From contig JAHAAN010000014.1 of the NCBI GenBank assembly GCA_018376855.1, positions 1 to 59,481 of the forward strand: DNA of 59,481 nt, written 5' to 3'. Source of the DNA: Clostridiales bacterium (GTDB lineage: Bacteria > Bacillota > Clostridia > Christensenellales > QALW01). Within the stretch, counting starts at the first letter, position 1. Every line of letters begins with the position of its first letter. A program made the translations under genes and the position numbers. Of this stretch, positions 21,430 through 30,803 are shown one piece after another. Below the pieces are notes generated by a model that saw only the letters and a list, made by a program, of their open reading frames with translations, searched no databases and was not told where the DNA came from.

Positions 21430-23547
21430 ATGTTCTTAATTAAAACCAAAAGAGAGCTCAACCCAACAGTTACGCTGATGGAAATCGAAGCTCCTGCCGT
21501 GGCAAAAAAAGCAGAGCCCGGCCAATTCATCATTCTGCGCGTAGACGCCGACGGCGAACGCATTCCGCTTACGGTAGCGGATTTTGACCGCGAGGCCGGC
21601 ACCGTTACGATCATCTTTCAGATCGTAGGCGCTACGACTGAAAAGCTCAACGCCAAAAAACAAGGGGAATACATCGAAGACTTTGTAGGCCCGCTCGGCG
21701 TAGCCTCCCATGTGGAGGGGCTGAAGAAGGTCGCCGTAGTCGGCGGCGGCGTGGGCTGTGCGATCGCCTATCCGATCGCAAAAAAGCTGCACAACATGGG
21801 CGCTGAGGTTCATGCAATCGTCGGATTCCGCAATAAGGATCTCGTAATTTTAGAGGAAGAATTCAAAAACGCCTCCTCTAAGCTGGTTATGATGACCGAC
21901 GACGGCTCCTATGGAACCAAAGGCCTTGTTACCAACGCGCTTGAAGAGCTGATTCAAAGCGGCGAGCAGTACGACGAAGTGATCGCGATCGGTCCGCTGA
22001 TTATGATGAAATTCGTATGTCTTCTGACTAAGAAATATAACATTAAAACCATGGTAAGCATGAATCCGATCATGATTGACGGAACCGGCATGTGCGGCGG
22101 ATGCCGCCTGACCGTGGGCGGGCAGACGAAGTTTGCCTCTCAAGGGAGGGCGCAGCTGATGCCTAATATGTCTTTAAAGAAAAACGAAATGCCGGTGCAG
22201 GACGCAAAAGAGCGCAGCGCCAATTTTAACGAGGTGGCGCTGGGCTACACCTTAGAGCAGGCGCTGGATGAAGCAAACCGCTGCCTGAACTGCAAAAATA
22301 AGCCCTGTGTGGGCGCCTGCCCCGTTAATATCAACATTCCCGCGTTCATCGAAGAAATTCGCAAGGGCGATTTGGAACAGGCCTATCAGATCATTTCCAA
22401 GTCCAGCTCTCTGCCTGCCGTCTGCGGCCGCGTTTGTCCGCAGGAAACACAGTGCGAGGGCAAATGTGTTCGCGGCATTAAGGGCGAACCGGTAGGCATC
22501 GGCCGCTTGGAACGCTTTGTAGCAGATTATCACAACGCACATGCCGCTGCCAGCTCCGAACGCCCCGAACCGAACGGGCACCGTGTTGCCGTCATCGGCG
22601 CAGGCCCTGCGGGTTTGACCTGCGCGGGCGACCTCGCCAAAAAAGGATATGCCGTAACGATCTTTGAAGCGCTTCACGTTGCCGGCGGCGTTTTGGTTTA
22701 CGGCATTCCTGAATTCCGTCTGCCGAAGGACATCGTTCGCCGCGAGATCGAAAATCTGAAAAATCTGGGTGTGGAGATCAACACCAATATGGTAATCGGC
22801 AAGGTCATTTCCATCGACGAGCTGTTTGAACAGGGCTTTGAATCCGTGTTCATCGGCACCGGAGCCGGCTTGCCGCGCTTTATGAATATTCCCGGTGAAA
22901 ACTATAACGGCGTTTACTCCGCCAACGAGTTCCTGACCCGCGTGAACCTGATGAAAGCCTACCGCGACGGCAGCGACACGCCGATCAAGCATTCCCGCAA
23001 CGTGGCGGTTGTCGGCGGCGGAAACGTAGCTATGGACGCAGCGCGCTGCGCAAAGCGCTTGGGCGCGGAAAATGTTTACATAGTGTATCGCCGCGGACTG
23101 GAAGAGATGCCTGCGCGCCACGAGGAAGTGGAACATGCAATGGAGGAGGGCATCATCTTTAAGGTGCTGAACAACCCCGTGGAAATTTTGGGCGACGAGA
23201 ACAACTTTGTCCGCGGTATGGACTGCGTGGAAATGGAGCTGGGCGAGCCGGATGCCTCCGGAAGACGCCGCCCCGTAGAAAAGCCCGATTCCCGTTATAC
23301 GCTGGAGGTCGACTGCGTCATCATGGCGATCGGCACCTCCCCCAACCCGCTGATCCGTTCCACCACCAAAGGGTTGGAAACCAATAAGCACGGCTGCATC
23401 GTAACGCAGGATGAATCCGGCCTGACCACCCGCGAAAACGTATATGCAGGCGGAGACGCCGTTACAGGCGCTGCGACGGTCATTTTGGCAATGGGCGCAG
23501 GAAAGCATGCCGCCGCCGCAATCGACGAAGCATTGAGCAAAAACTGA
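21430..23547 (+). CDS. nfnAB: NfnA-like and NfnB-like halves (NADH-dependent ferredoxin:NADP+ oxidoreductase) read as one 705-aa ORF
   Basis: Residues 1-236 are PyrK/NfnA-like (ERIPLTVADF..., DGTGMCGGCRLTVGGQTKFA). Residues 237-243 (SQGRAQL) are encoded by what looks like the nfnB RBS (GGGAGGG, 22144-22150). From ATG 22159 the sequence is GltD/NfnB-like (CLNCKNKPCV..., GAGPAGL...). Confidence 0.8.
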   Translation: MFLIKTKRELNPTVTLMEIEAPAVAKKAEPGQFIILRVDADGERIPLTVADFDREAGTVTIIFQIVGATTEKLNAKKQGEYIEDFVGPLGVASHVEGLKKVAVVGGGVGCAIAYPIAKKLHNMGAEVHAIVGFRNKDLVILEEEFKNASSKLVMMTDDGSYGTKGLVTNALEELIQSGEQYDEVIAIGPLIMMKFVCLLTKKYNIKTMVSMNPIMIDGTGMCGGCRLTVGGQTKFASQGRAQLMPNMSLKKNEMPVQDAKERSANFNEVALGYTLEQALDEANRCLNCKNKPCVGACPVNINIPAFIEEIRKGDLEQAYQIISKSSSLPAVCGRVCPQETQCEGKCVRGIKGEPVGIGRLERFVADYHNAHAAASSERPEPNGHRVAVIGAGPAGLTCAGDLAKKGYAVTIFEALHVAGGVLVYGIPEFRLPKDIVRREIENLKNLGVEINTNMVIGKVISIDELFEQGFESVFIGTGAGLPRFMNIPGENYNGVYSANEFLTRVNLMKAYRDGSDTPIKHSRNVAVVGGGNVAMDAARCAKRLGAENVYIVYRRGLEEMPARHEEVEHAMEEGIIFKVLNNPVEILGDENNFVRGMDCVEMELGEPDASGRRRPVEKPDSRYTLEVDCVIMAIGTSPNPLIRSTTKGLETNKHGCIVTQDESGLTTRENVYAGGDAVTGAATVILAMGAGKHAAAAIDEALSKN

Positions 23548-23555
23548 TTTTCCGT

Positions 23556-23600
23556 GAGAGCTTCGGCTTTTTCGGCCGAAGCTCTCCGTATCTTTATTTT
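23556..23600 (+). terminator. Intrinsic terminator after nfnAB
   Basis: Hairpin gagagcttcggc / gccgaagctctc followed by a T-rich tract. Confidence 0.7.
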
Positions 23601-23685
23601 TCATCTTAAAAGCAGCACCGCATCTATAATTTATACAGCAATTTATTATTATCTGCGGGCATCCGCAGCAGCAGGGAGATAAACC

Positions 23686-24171
23686 ATGAGTACCGAATTC
23701 GATTTTAAGCCTGTTGACGAGATCCTGAAAAAATACGATTTTCAAAAAACCCATACAATATCCATTCTTCAGGACGTACAGGCGCATTACCGCTATCTGC
23801 CGCAGGCAGTGTTCGCTTACATAGCGCCGAAAATCGGCTCTTCTGAAGCCGAGCTTTTCAGCGTAGCCACCTTTTATGAAAATTTTTCGCTTGTGCCTAA
23901 GGGCAAATGCGTAATTAAAGTGTGCGACGGAACGGCATGCCATGTGCGCAAATCCATTCCGATTCTCAACCGCCTGCGGGAAGAGCTTAAGCTGGACGAA
24001 GAACACCCCACCACGGAGGATGGGCTTTTTACCGTGGAAACCGTGGCATGTCTCGGCGCATGCGGGCTTGGCCCGGCGCTCACCGTCAACGGAAAGGTGC
24101 ACCCGACCATGACGCCGGATAAGGCTTCGGAGCTGTTAAAAAAACTCAAGGAGGAATACGGCAATGCTTAA
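23686..24171 (+). CDS. hydC: NuoE-like [2Fe-2S] subunit of a multimeric [FeFe]-hydrogenase (HydC)
   Basis: 161 aa with the Cys pattern CDGTACH...CLGACGLGP typical of NuoE/HydC. Confidence 0.85.
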   Translation: MSTEFDFKPVDEILKKYDFQKTHTISILQDVQAHYRYLPQAVFAYIAPKIGSSEAELFSVATFYENFSLVPKGKCVIKVCDGTACHVRKSIPILNRLREELKLDEEHPTTEDGLFTVETVACLGACGLGPALTVNGKVHPTMTPDKASELLKKLKEEYGNA

Positions 24172-26079
24172 TTCACAGCAGGAACTGGATGCAAAGCGCG
24201 AGCAGTGCGCGCGTTCCTTCTCGGCTGCAAAACGCAAGATCCTTGTATGTTCGGGAACAGGCTGCATCGCAGCAGGCTCTCACGCCGTTTACGAGGCATT
24301 CCTTGCACAGCTTGAGGAAATGGGGCTGGAGTGCGCCGTAGAGCTTCAAAAGGATCCGCATCAAGACGTGATCGGCGTAAAACAAAGCGGCTGCCACGGC
24401 CTGTGCTCAATGGGGCCTCTTGTGCGTATTGAGCCGGAGGGGTATCTGTACATGAAGGTTGCTCCGGAGGATTGCCGCGAGATCATTGAAACCACCGTCC
24501 TCGGCGGAGAACCCGTGGAACGTCTTGCCTACAAGAAAAACGGCGTTGTTTACGCCAAGCAGGAGTCGATCCCATTTTATCTCAAACAACAGCGCATTAT
24601 GCTGAAACACTGCCATTTTATCTCAAACAACAGCGCATTATGCTGAAACACTGCGGGCATATTGACGCTACACAAATCGAAGAATATCTCGCTGTGGGCG
24701 GCTATAAGGCCTTTGAAAAGGTTCTCTTTTCCATGTCTCCCGATCAGGTGATTGAACAGATCAGCGAATCCAATCTTCGCGGGCGCGGCGGCGGCGGATT
24801 CCCCGCCGGGCGCAAATGGTCGCAGGTAGCCCGCCAAAAAGCAGAGCGTAAATATATCGTCTGCAACGGCGACGAAGGCGACCCCGGCGCGTTTATGGAC
24901 TGCTCTGTGATGGAAGGGCTTCCGCACCAAATGCTTGAAGGCATGATGATCGCAGGCTATGCCTGCGGCGCAGCCGACGGCTACATCTATGTGCGCGCAG
25001 AATATCCGCTGGCAGTAAGCCGTTTGAAGGAAGCAATCCGTCAGGCGGAGGAATACGGGCTGCTGGGGGATAACATTCTCGGCACAGGATTTTCCTTTCA
25101 TATGCACATCAACCGCGGCGCAGGCGCGTTTGTCTGCGGCGAGGGCAGCGCGCTGACGGCTTCCATCGAAGGCAAGCGCGGAATGCCCCGCACAAAACCA
25201 CCCCGCACGGTAGAAAAAGGGCTTTATGAATGTCCCACGGTGCTAAACAATGTGGAAACCTTTGCAAACGTGCCCATGATCGTCAATAACGGCGCACAGT
25301 GGTACAAGACCATCGGGCCGGAGAACAGCCCCGGCACAAAGGTATTCGCGCTCTCCGGAACGGTTGCAAACACCGGCCTTATCGAAGTACCGATGGGCAC
25401 TACGCTGCGGGAGGTCGTATTTGATATCGGCGGCGGAATGTCCGGCGATGCAGAATTTAAGGCCGTTCAGATCGGCGGCCCTTCGGGCGGCTGTCTGACA
25501 AAAGAACAGCTCGACCTGCCGTTAGACTTTGATTCTCTCAAAAAAGTCGGGGCAATCATCGGTTCAGGCGGTTTAGTCGTAATGGACAATCACACCTGTA
25601 TGGTTGAGGTTGCGCGTTTCTTTATGAATTTTACGCAAAAGGAGTCCTGCGGAAAATGCACTCCCTGCCGCGAAGGCACAAAGCGGATGCTGGAAATTCT
25701 GGAACGCATCGTAGCCGGCAAGGGCGAAGACGGCGACATCGAGCTTTTGCAGGAGCTGGCTTCGATGATTTCGGATATGGCGCTATGCGGGTTGGGCAAA
25801 ACAGCTCCCTCCCCCGTTATCTCCACGATTAAAAGCTTTCCGGAAGAATACCGGGCGCATATCTATGATAAAAAATGTCCTGCGGGAGCATGCCGAAAGC
25901 TGAAAACCTTCCGCATCGATCCCGAGCTGTGCCGCGGCTGTTCCAAGTGCGCGCGCCAATGCCCTGTCGGCGCGATCAGCGGCGAGATCAGAAAGCCATT
26001 TACAATTGATACCGCCAAATGCATTAAATGCGGCGCCTGCAAGGATGCATGCAGCTTTAAAGCGGTTACGGAGGTCTGA
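24164..26079 (+). pseudogene. hydB: NuoF-like flavoprotein subunit (HydB) of the multimeric [FeFe]-hydrogenase, split by a 41-bp tandem duplication
   Basis: ORF 24164-24646 holds the thioredoxin-like 2Fe-2S N-domain. ORF 24640-26079 holds the NuoF core with C-terminal 2x[4Fe-4S]. Deleting one 41-bp copy restores ...IPFYLKQQRIMLKHCGHIDATQIEEY... as a single 624-aa frame. Confidence 0.8.
24572..24653 (+). repeat. Perfect 41-bp direct tandem duplication (2 copies)
   Basis: ccattttatctcaaacaacagcgcattatgctgaaacactg occurs at 24572-24612 and again at 24613-24653, read directly from the sequence. Confidence 0.95.
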
Positions 26080-26081
26080 CT

Positions 26082-27752
26082 ATGAGCGAGAACACAATAA
26101 AAATAGATGGCAGAGAGGTCGTTCTGAACGGAGAAAAAAATCTTCTTGAAGTCATCCGCAAAGCGGGAATCGATCTGCCAACCTTCTGTTATTATAAAGA
26201 GCTTTCCATTTACGGCGCATGCAGAATGTGCATGATTGAATATGCAAACGGCTCGTTGGACGCCGCTTGCTCTGCGCAGCCGCGCCCCGGAATGGAGATT
26301 TATACCAATACCCCTAAGCTCAGAAAGCACAAAAAAATGATTTTGGAGCTTCTTCTGGCTAACCATTGCCGCGACTGCACAGCCTGCGCCAAAAACGGCA
26401 ACTGCAAATTGCAGGAATTTGCCGACCGCTACGGCGTTCGCCAGATTCGATTTAAAAACACCGCACCTGTTCCGGCGCTTGACGCTTCTTCCGTCAGCAT
26501 TCTTCGAGATACAAACAAATGCATCCTGTGCGGAAGCTGCGTGCGCATGTGCAGTGAAGTGCAAAACGTTCACGCAATCGACTTTGTGCGCAGAAGCTCA
26601 AACATACAGGTCAGCCCAGCGTTTGACGGCCCGATCGCTGAATCTCCGTGCGTGGGCTGCGGTCAATGCGCCGCGGTATGTCCTACAGGCGCTATCACGG
26701 TGCAGGATGATACCGACCGTCTTTGGGATGATCTTGGCGACCGTAACGCTTTTGTGGCCGCGCAGATCGCTCCGGCCGTCCGCGTTGCGGTTGCAAAAGA
26801 ATTTGGCCTTGCAACAGACAGCGACACCACAGGAAAAATTGTAGCCGCCATGCACCGTATTGGCTTTGATCGCGTATATGACACCAGCACCGGCGCAGAC
26901 ATCACCGTAATTGAAGAAGCCAACGAATTTGCAAAACGGTTGGAGACCGGAGAAAACATCCCGTTATTTACCTCCTGCTGCCCTGCATGGATCAACTACG
27001 CTTCTAAAAAGCATCCGGAGCTGCTGAACCGCAATATCTCCTCCTGCTGCTCACCGATGCAAATGTTCGCCTCCGTACTGCAAGAACTGCACAAGGACGA
27101 AGACGGAAAACGCTTTGTAAGCGTAGCGATTATGCCCTGTACGGCAAAGAAATTTGAAGCGGCGCGCGAAGAGTTTATCAAAGACGGCAAACGCCGCGTG
27201 GACTATTCCATGACTACACAGGAGCTGATCCGCATGATCCGCAGAGCCGGCATTGATTTCGCCGCGCTCACTCCCGAACCGATGGACGATCCCCTGCCTG
27301 CTTACAGCGGCGCGGGCGTTATCTTCGGCGTAACAGGCGGCGTAACGGAAGCAGTGCTGCGCTATTTGGGAGCGGACTTGCGCAATGCTGCCGAATCCGG
27401 CACGCGCGGTTTGGAGGGCATCAAGGAATTTGATCTTCCTTATCAGGGAAAAACGCTGAAGATCGCCGTAGTCAGCGGCTTAAAAAACGCCGAAACGATT
27501 ATCGAACGTATTCAGTCCGGCTCTCATTATGATCTTATCGAGGTTATGGCTTGCCCCGGAGGCTGCATCAACGGCGGCGGCCAGCCGATCGGCAGTGAGA
27601 ACACGCGCAGCGAACGCATGTGCGAGCTTTATGAGCAGGATGAAAACTGCGAGCTGCGCGCCTCTCAGGAAAATCCCACGGTAAAGGCTCTTTACGAACA
27701 GCTGCTGCACGGCCGTGAACACGAGCTGCTGCATGTGAAATACCGGGTATGA
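26082..27752 (+). CDS. hydA: [FeFe]-hydrogenase catalytic subunit (HydA)
   Basis: N-terminal 2Fe-2S and 4Fe-4S domains. All three H-cluster motifs are present: TSCCPAW, MPCTAKKFE and EVMACPGGCINGGGQP. Confidence 0.9.
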   Translation: MSENTIKIDGREVVLNGEKNLLEVIRKAGIDLPTFCYYKELSIYGACRMCMIEYANGSLDAACSAQPRPGMEIYTNTPKLRKHKKMILELLLANHCRDCTACAKNGNCKLQEFADRYGVRQIRFKNTAPVPALDASSVSILRDTNKCILCGSCVRMCSEVQNVHAIDFVRRSSNIQVSPAFDGPIAESPCVGCGQCAAVCPTGAITVQDDTDRLWDDLGDRNAFVAAQIAPAVRVAVAKEFGLATDSDTTGKIVAAMHRIGFDRVYDTSTGADITVIEEANEFAKRLETGENIPLFTSCCPAWINYASKKHPELLNRNISSCCSPMQMFASVLQELHKDEDGKRFVSVAIMPCTAKKFEAAREEFIKDGKRRVDYSMTTQELIRMIRRAGIDFAALTPEPMDDPLPAYSGAGVIFGVTGGVTEAVLRYLGADLRNAAESGTRGLEGIKEFDLPYQGKTLKIAVVSGLKNAETIIERIQSGSHYDLIEVMACPGGCINGGGQPIGSENTRSERMCELYEQDENCELRASQENPTVKALYEQLLHGREHELLHVKYRV

Positions 27753-27777
27753 ACCGCAGAAAGGGGCTGTATCAAAA

Positions 27778-28011
27778 ATGACTGAATTGTCCGTGTGCAT
27801 TGGCAGTGCATGCCATGTAAAAGGCTCTTATAAGGTCTTTCAAACCTTTGAACGCCTGATCGAAGAAAAAGGCCTGAAAAACCGCGTATCTTTGACATCA
27901 GCCTTCTGCATGGGGCATTGCCAAAGCGGCGTATCCGTAATGCTGGACGGAAAATATTACAGCGTATCGCCGGATACTGCCGAAAGCTTCTTTACCGATT
28001 TTGTTGAATGA
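27778..28011 (+). CDS. Small thioredoxin-like [2Fe-2S] ferredoxin-domain protein
   Basis: 77 aa with Cys motifs CIGSACH and FCMGHC. Last gene of the hydrogenase operon. Confidence 0.7.
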   Translation: MTELSVCIGSACHVKGSYKVFQTFERLIEEKGLKNRVSLTSAFCMGHCQSGVSVMLDGKYYSVSPDTAESFFTDFVE

Positions 28012-28055
28012 TGTGGTTTTTCTTGAGTTTTTATCGTTTTTAATGTTTTTTTGAG

Positions 28056-28084
28056 TTGACATTGCCTGATAAAACGCATATAAT
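28056..28084 (+). promoter_or_regulatory. Consensus sigma-A promoter
   Basis: TTGACA (28056-28061), 17-nt spacer, TATAAT (28079-28084), about 80 nt upstream of the ORF at 28164. Confidence 0.7.
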
Positions 28085-28163
28085 ACAAACAGAAGTTCAT
28101 AAAGCTGTTTGAAGAAATTTTCTTTATCCATCGTTATGAACGGCAGGAGGCAGCGCGCTGATA

Positions 28164-28517
28164 TTGTATCGGCTCATTGGCGAACCGGAGCTTATTTTAA
28201 TTGCGAAAAGCGATTATACCGCCTTTCCTCCACGCTTGCCGGAGCAGCCAATATTCTATCCTGTGCTGAATGAACGGTATGCGGCTGAAATTGCTAAACG
28301 TTGGAACACAAAGGACAAAAATTCCGGCTATAAAGGCTACGTTACCCGCTTTGAAATAGATAACGGCTTCATAGCAGGCTACGAAGTGCAGACTGTCGGG
28401 CGTTCCTATCATCAGGAGTACTGGATTCCGGCCTAGGATTTGCCGGCGTTTAACCGGCATATCTTAGGCAAAATCGAAGTCATCGCAACCGCAAACGACT
28501 CGCTTACAGACTGTTAA
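28164..28517 (+). pseudogene. Conserved small hypothetical protein interrupted by an in-frame TAG
   Basis: The 90-aa ORF ends ...HQEYWIPA at TAG 28434-28436. The same frame continues DLPAFNRHILGKIEVIATANDSLTDC to TAA 28515-28517. Confidence 0.5.
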
Positions 28518-28564
28518 AACGCAAAAACAAGCTTTATAGCAAATTGATAATAAGGAAGAGAACA

Positions 28565-29542
28565 ATGGGGATCTATACCAAAAACGGCGACAACGGAATA
28601 ACGAATTTGGTAAAAGTCAGCCAAGTTTCCAAAGCAGACGACCGCATTGCGCTGCTGGGTGAGCTTGACGAGCTTTCATGCGCCTTAGGCCTTGTAAAAG
28701 CCGACGCTCGCGAAGACTCTTCCTTTCTTTCGCATATTCAGGAAATTCTGAGCAAAATTATGGCCGGCGTGGCAGATCAATTCAATGCCGCTTATAAGCT
28801 CTCTGCGGATGAAGTCAGCCTGCTGGAACGGGAAATAGACCGCTTGGAAGCGCTGTTTGAACGCGAAAAAGCCTTTGTTCTTCCCGGCGGCTGCAAAAAA
28901 TCCGCTCAGTTAGACATGGCAAGAGCCGTTGCACGGCGCTGCGAACGCGCGCTTGTTTCCACAGAACGCAAATTCGGCGGAGACCGCACTGCAAAACAAT
29001 ATCTGAATCGGCTCTCCGATTATCTGTATATAGCCGCTCGCTATGCTGATGCCTCAAACGGCAAGCCAAGCGCACAAACTGCCCCGCAAACGCAAATCGT
29101 GCAGGAGGTGCTAAAACAAGTGAATGCCGCGTTAAAACTAAATTTAAATACCGCAAAAAGGCTAATTGAAAAGATCGAACAGCACGCCTCCGAGCTCGGC
29201 ATGAAGGCTGTTATCGCAATCTGCACGCCGGACGGTAATCCCATCGCGGTTCATGTGATGGACGGCGCGTATTTAGTGAGCTTTGATGTTGCCTTAAAAA
29301 AGGCCTATACGGCCGTGGCTGTTAAAATGTCCACCTTAGAACTGGGAAAACTGGCGCAGCCCGGCCAAACCTTCTATGGCATTGATAAGCTTGACAACGG
29401 CAAAATCGTCATCTTCGGCGGCGGCGTCCCTCTCGTGTCAAACGGTATGCTGATAGGCGGCCTCGGCATCAGCGGCGGCACCGGAGAAGAAGACGACGGC
29501 CTTGCCCAGTACGGTCTTTCAGCGCTGGCTGAAATTCTATAA
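28565..29542 (+). CDS. pduO: PduO-type ATP:cob(I)alamin adenosyltransferase fused to a GlcG/DUF336 heme-binding-like domain
   Basis: N-terminus MGIYTKNGDNGITNL...DDRIALLGELDELS. The C-terminal half (AVIAICTPDGNPIAVHVMDGA...GGLGISGGTGEED) is GlcG-like. Confidence 0.85.
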   Translation: MGIYTKNGDNGITNLVKVSQVSKADDRIALLGELDELSCALGLVKADAREDSSFLSHIQEILSKIMAGVADQFNAAYKLSADEVSLLEREIDRLEALFEREKAFVLPGGCKKSAQLDMARAVARRCERALVSTERKFGGDRTAKQYLNRLSDYLYIAARYADASNGKPSAQTAPQTQIVQEVLKQVNAALKLNLNTAKRLIEKIEQHASELGMKAVIAICTPDGNPIAVHVMDGAYLVSFDVALKKAYTAVAVKMSTLELGKLAQPGQTFYGIDKLDNGKIVIFGGGVPLVSNGMLIGGLGISGGTGEEDDGLAQYGLSALAEIL

Positions 29543-30398
29543 CTGATTCAATGCACCGGTATCGCGGCGGCTTACGCAGCCCCGCAAAGTACACCAATCG
29601 TTACATGCGGCCGCACATGCGACTGCCTGTTTTACTTTCCTATTCTTGCTGCTCGCAAGCGAGTTCGTGTATTCCTTGATCCTTATCCGATTCACAATTT
29701 AATCCCGTATATATGTTTTGATTATTTTATAATTTTACCCTACCGCATTTGCAAAATACTTGCCGTGCCTAAATTCCTGTTTTCATAGATGCGATCATCA
29801 AACTGCTTTATCCCACAGTTGGTGGCGTGCCGACCAACACACAAATGCAATTTCATCCCGACGATCCCCGCGCCCTTCTCTCCATGCAGCTTCCCCAACC
29901 TTTTCTCCAATACATTTACTATATCCCTTTTCTTCTTGTATCAGAGCAAGCACGATGCTTTATTGCTCCCTGCACTTTTTACTGAAACGGTTTTCTCTTT
30001 AAAATATTCTACCAATCCCAAAATGTTCATTTTAGACTGAATACTGTCGAAACAGTCCGCTCCTTCTATAGTTTTATCCCCTTCCACCGACATAACCACC
30101 TCAAGTTTTCTCTTATCCAAAGGCGTTCTTCTGCAAAAAACATTTTCGTTCGATATTTTGGGATGAACACTATGCGATTCTTGCGATTCAATTTGGGTCA
30201 GCCTGCAAGAAACTATGCTCAAGCTGTGAGGCATACTGCTGATATAAATAAAAAAGAGCTTGCCAATTTATTAAAATAACAATCTCTTTTTTATTTACAA
30301 CATTATTATTTCAATCCACAGGTTTTACCCTGACATATATATTATAACACATCAAAACAAAAATTTCAATAAGGTTGTTAATAAATATCAAATTTTTC

Positions 30399-30427
30399 TT
30401 GACTATCCTGGAAAATTATGCTATATT
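30399..30427 (+). promoter_or_regulatory. Near-consensus sigma-A promoter inside the AT-rich island
   Basis: TTGACT (30399-30404), 17-nt spacer, TATATT (30422-30427). Lies about 20 nt upstream of the micro-ORF. Confidence 0.55.
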
Positions 30428-30448
30428 TATTTTAAAGATCAATATAGA

Positions 30449-30553
30449 ATGGAAATGATGTTTATGGAAAATAAATTCACTTTTAACGACTTGATGAAGT
30501 TTGGATCTTTTTTGATTGCACTATTAACATTCGTTTACTTGATTAGTCATTAG
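30449..30553 (+). CDS. Micro-ORF (34 aa) resembling holin-like-toxin / type I toxin hydrophobic peptides
   Basis: MEMMFMENKFTFNDLMKFGSFLIALLTFVYLISH*, too short for the ORF track. It has a single TM helix and resembles the Hol-Tox pattern (polar N-terminus, then F-G-x-F-x-x-A-L-L). The true start may be ATG 30464. The Shine-Dalgarno is weak. Confidence 0.35.
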   Translation: MEMMFMENKFTFNDLMKFGSFLIALLTFVYLISH

Positions 30554-30803
30554 TATTGTATAAAAATTCCCTCCAAACCTTACCACATGTTAAAATGCTG
30601 CCTTCTCCCTATTTTGCAGATTAAAACATTTACGAGCGTTTGTTTTCTTTTATGTTTATAACATAAAAGATTTCGCAAGTTTATTCAAAATTTTTGCGTA
30701 GTTTCATTTTACTAATAACCAATATCTTATCGTTACAAAAAGAACAATATTTTCACATCATCTATATAGTTCACACTGCCGGTTCATATTAAACCATTTA
30801 CAT

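Noticed and set aside
29941-30234. 97-aa minus-strand ORF and the 38-codon plus-strand ORF (30163-30279) in the AT-rich island, considered as real genes.
   Set aside because: They have no RBS, they overlap each other, and the adjacent frames carry broken protein-like stretches. I treat them as eroded remnants and mention them only as context for the island.
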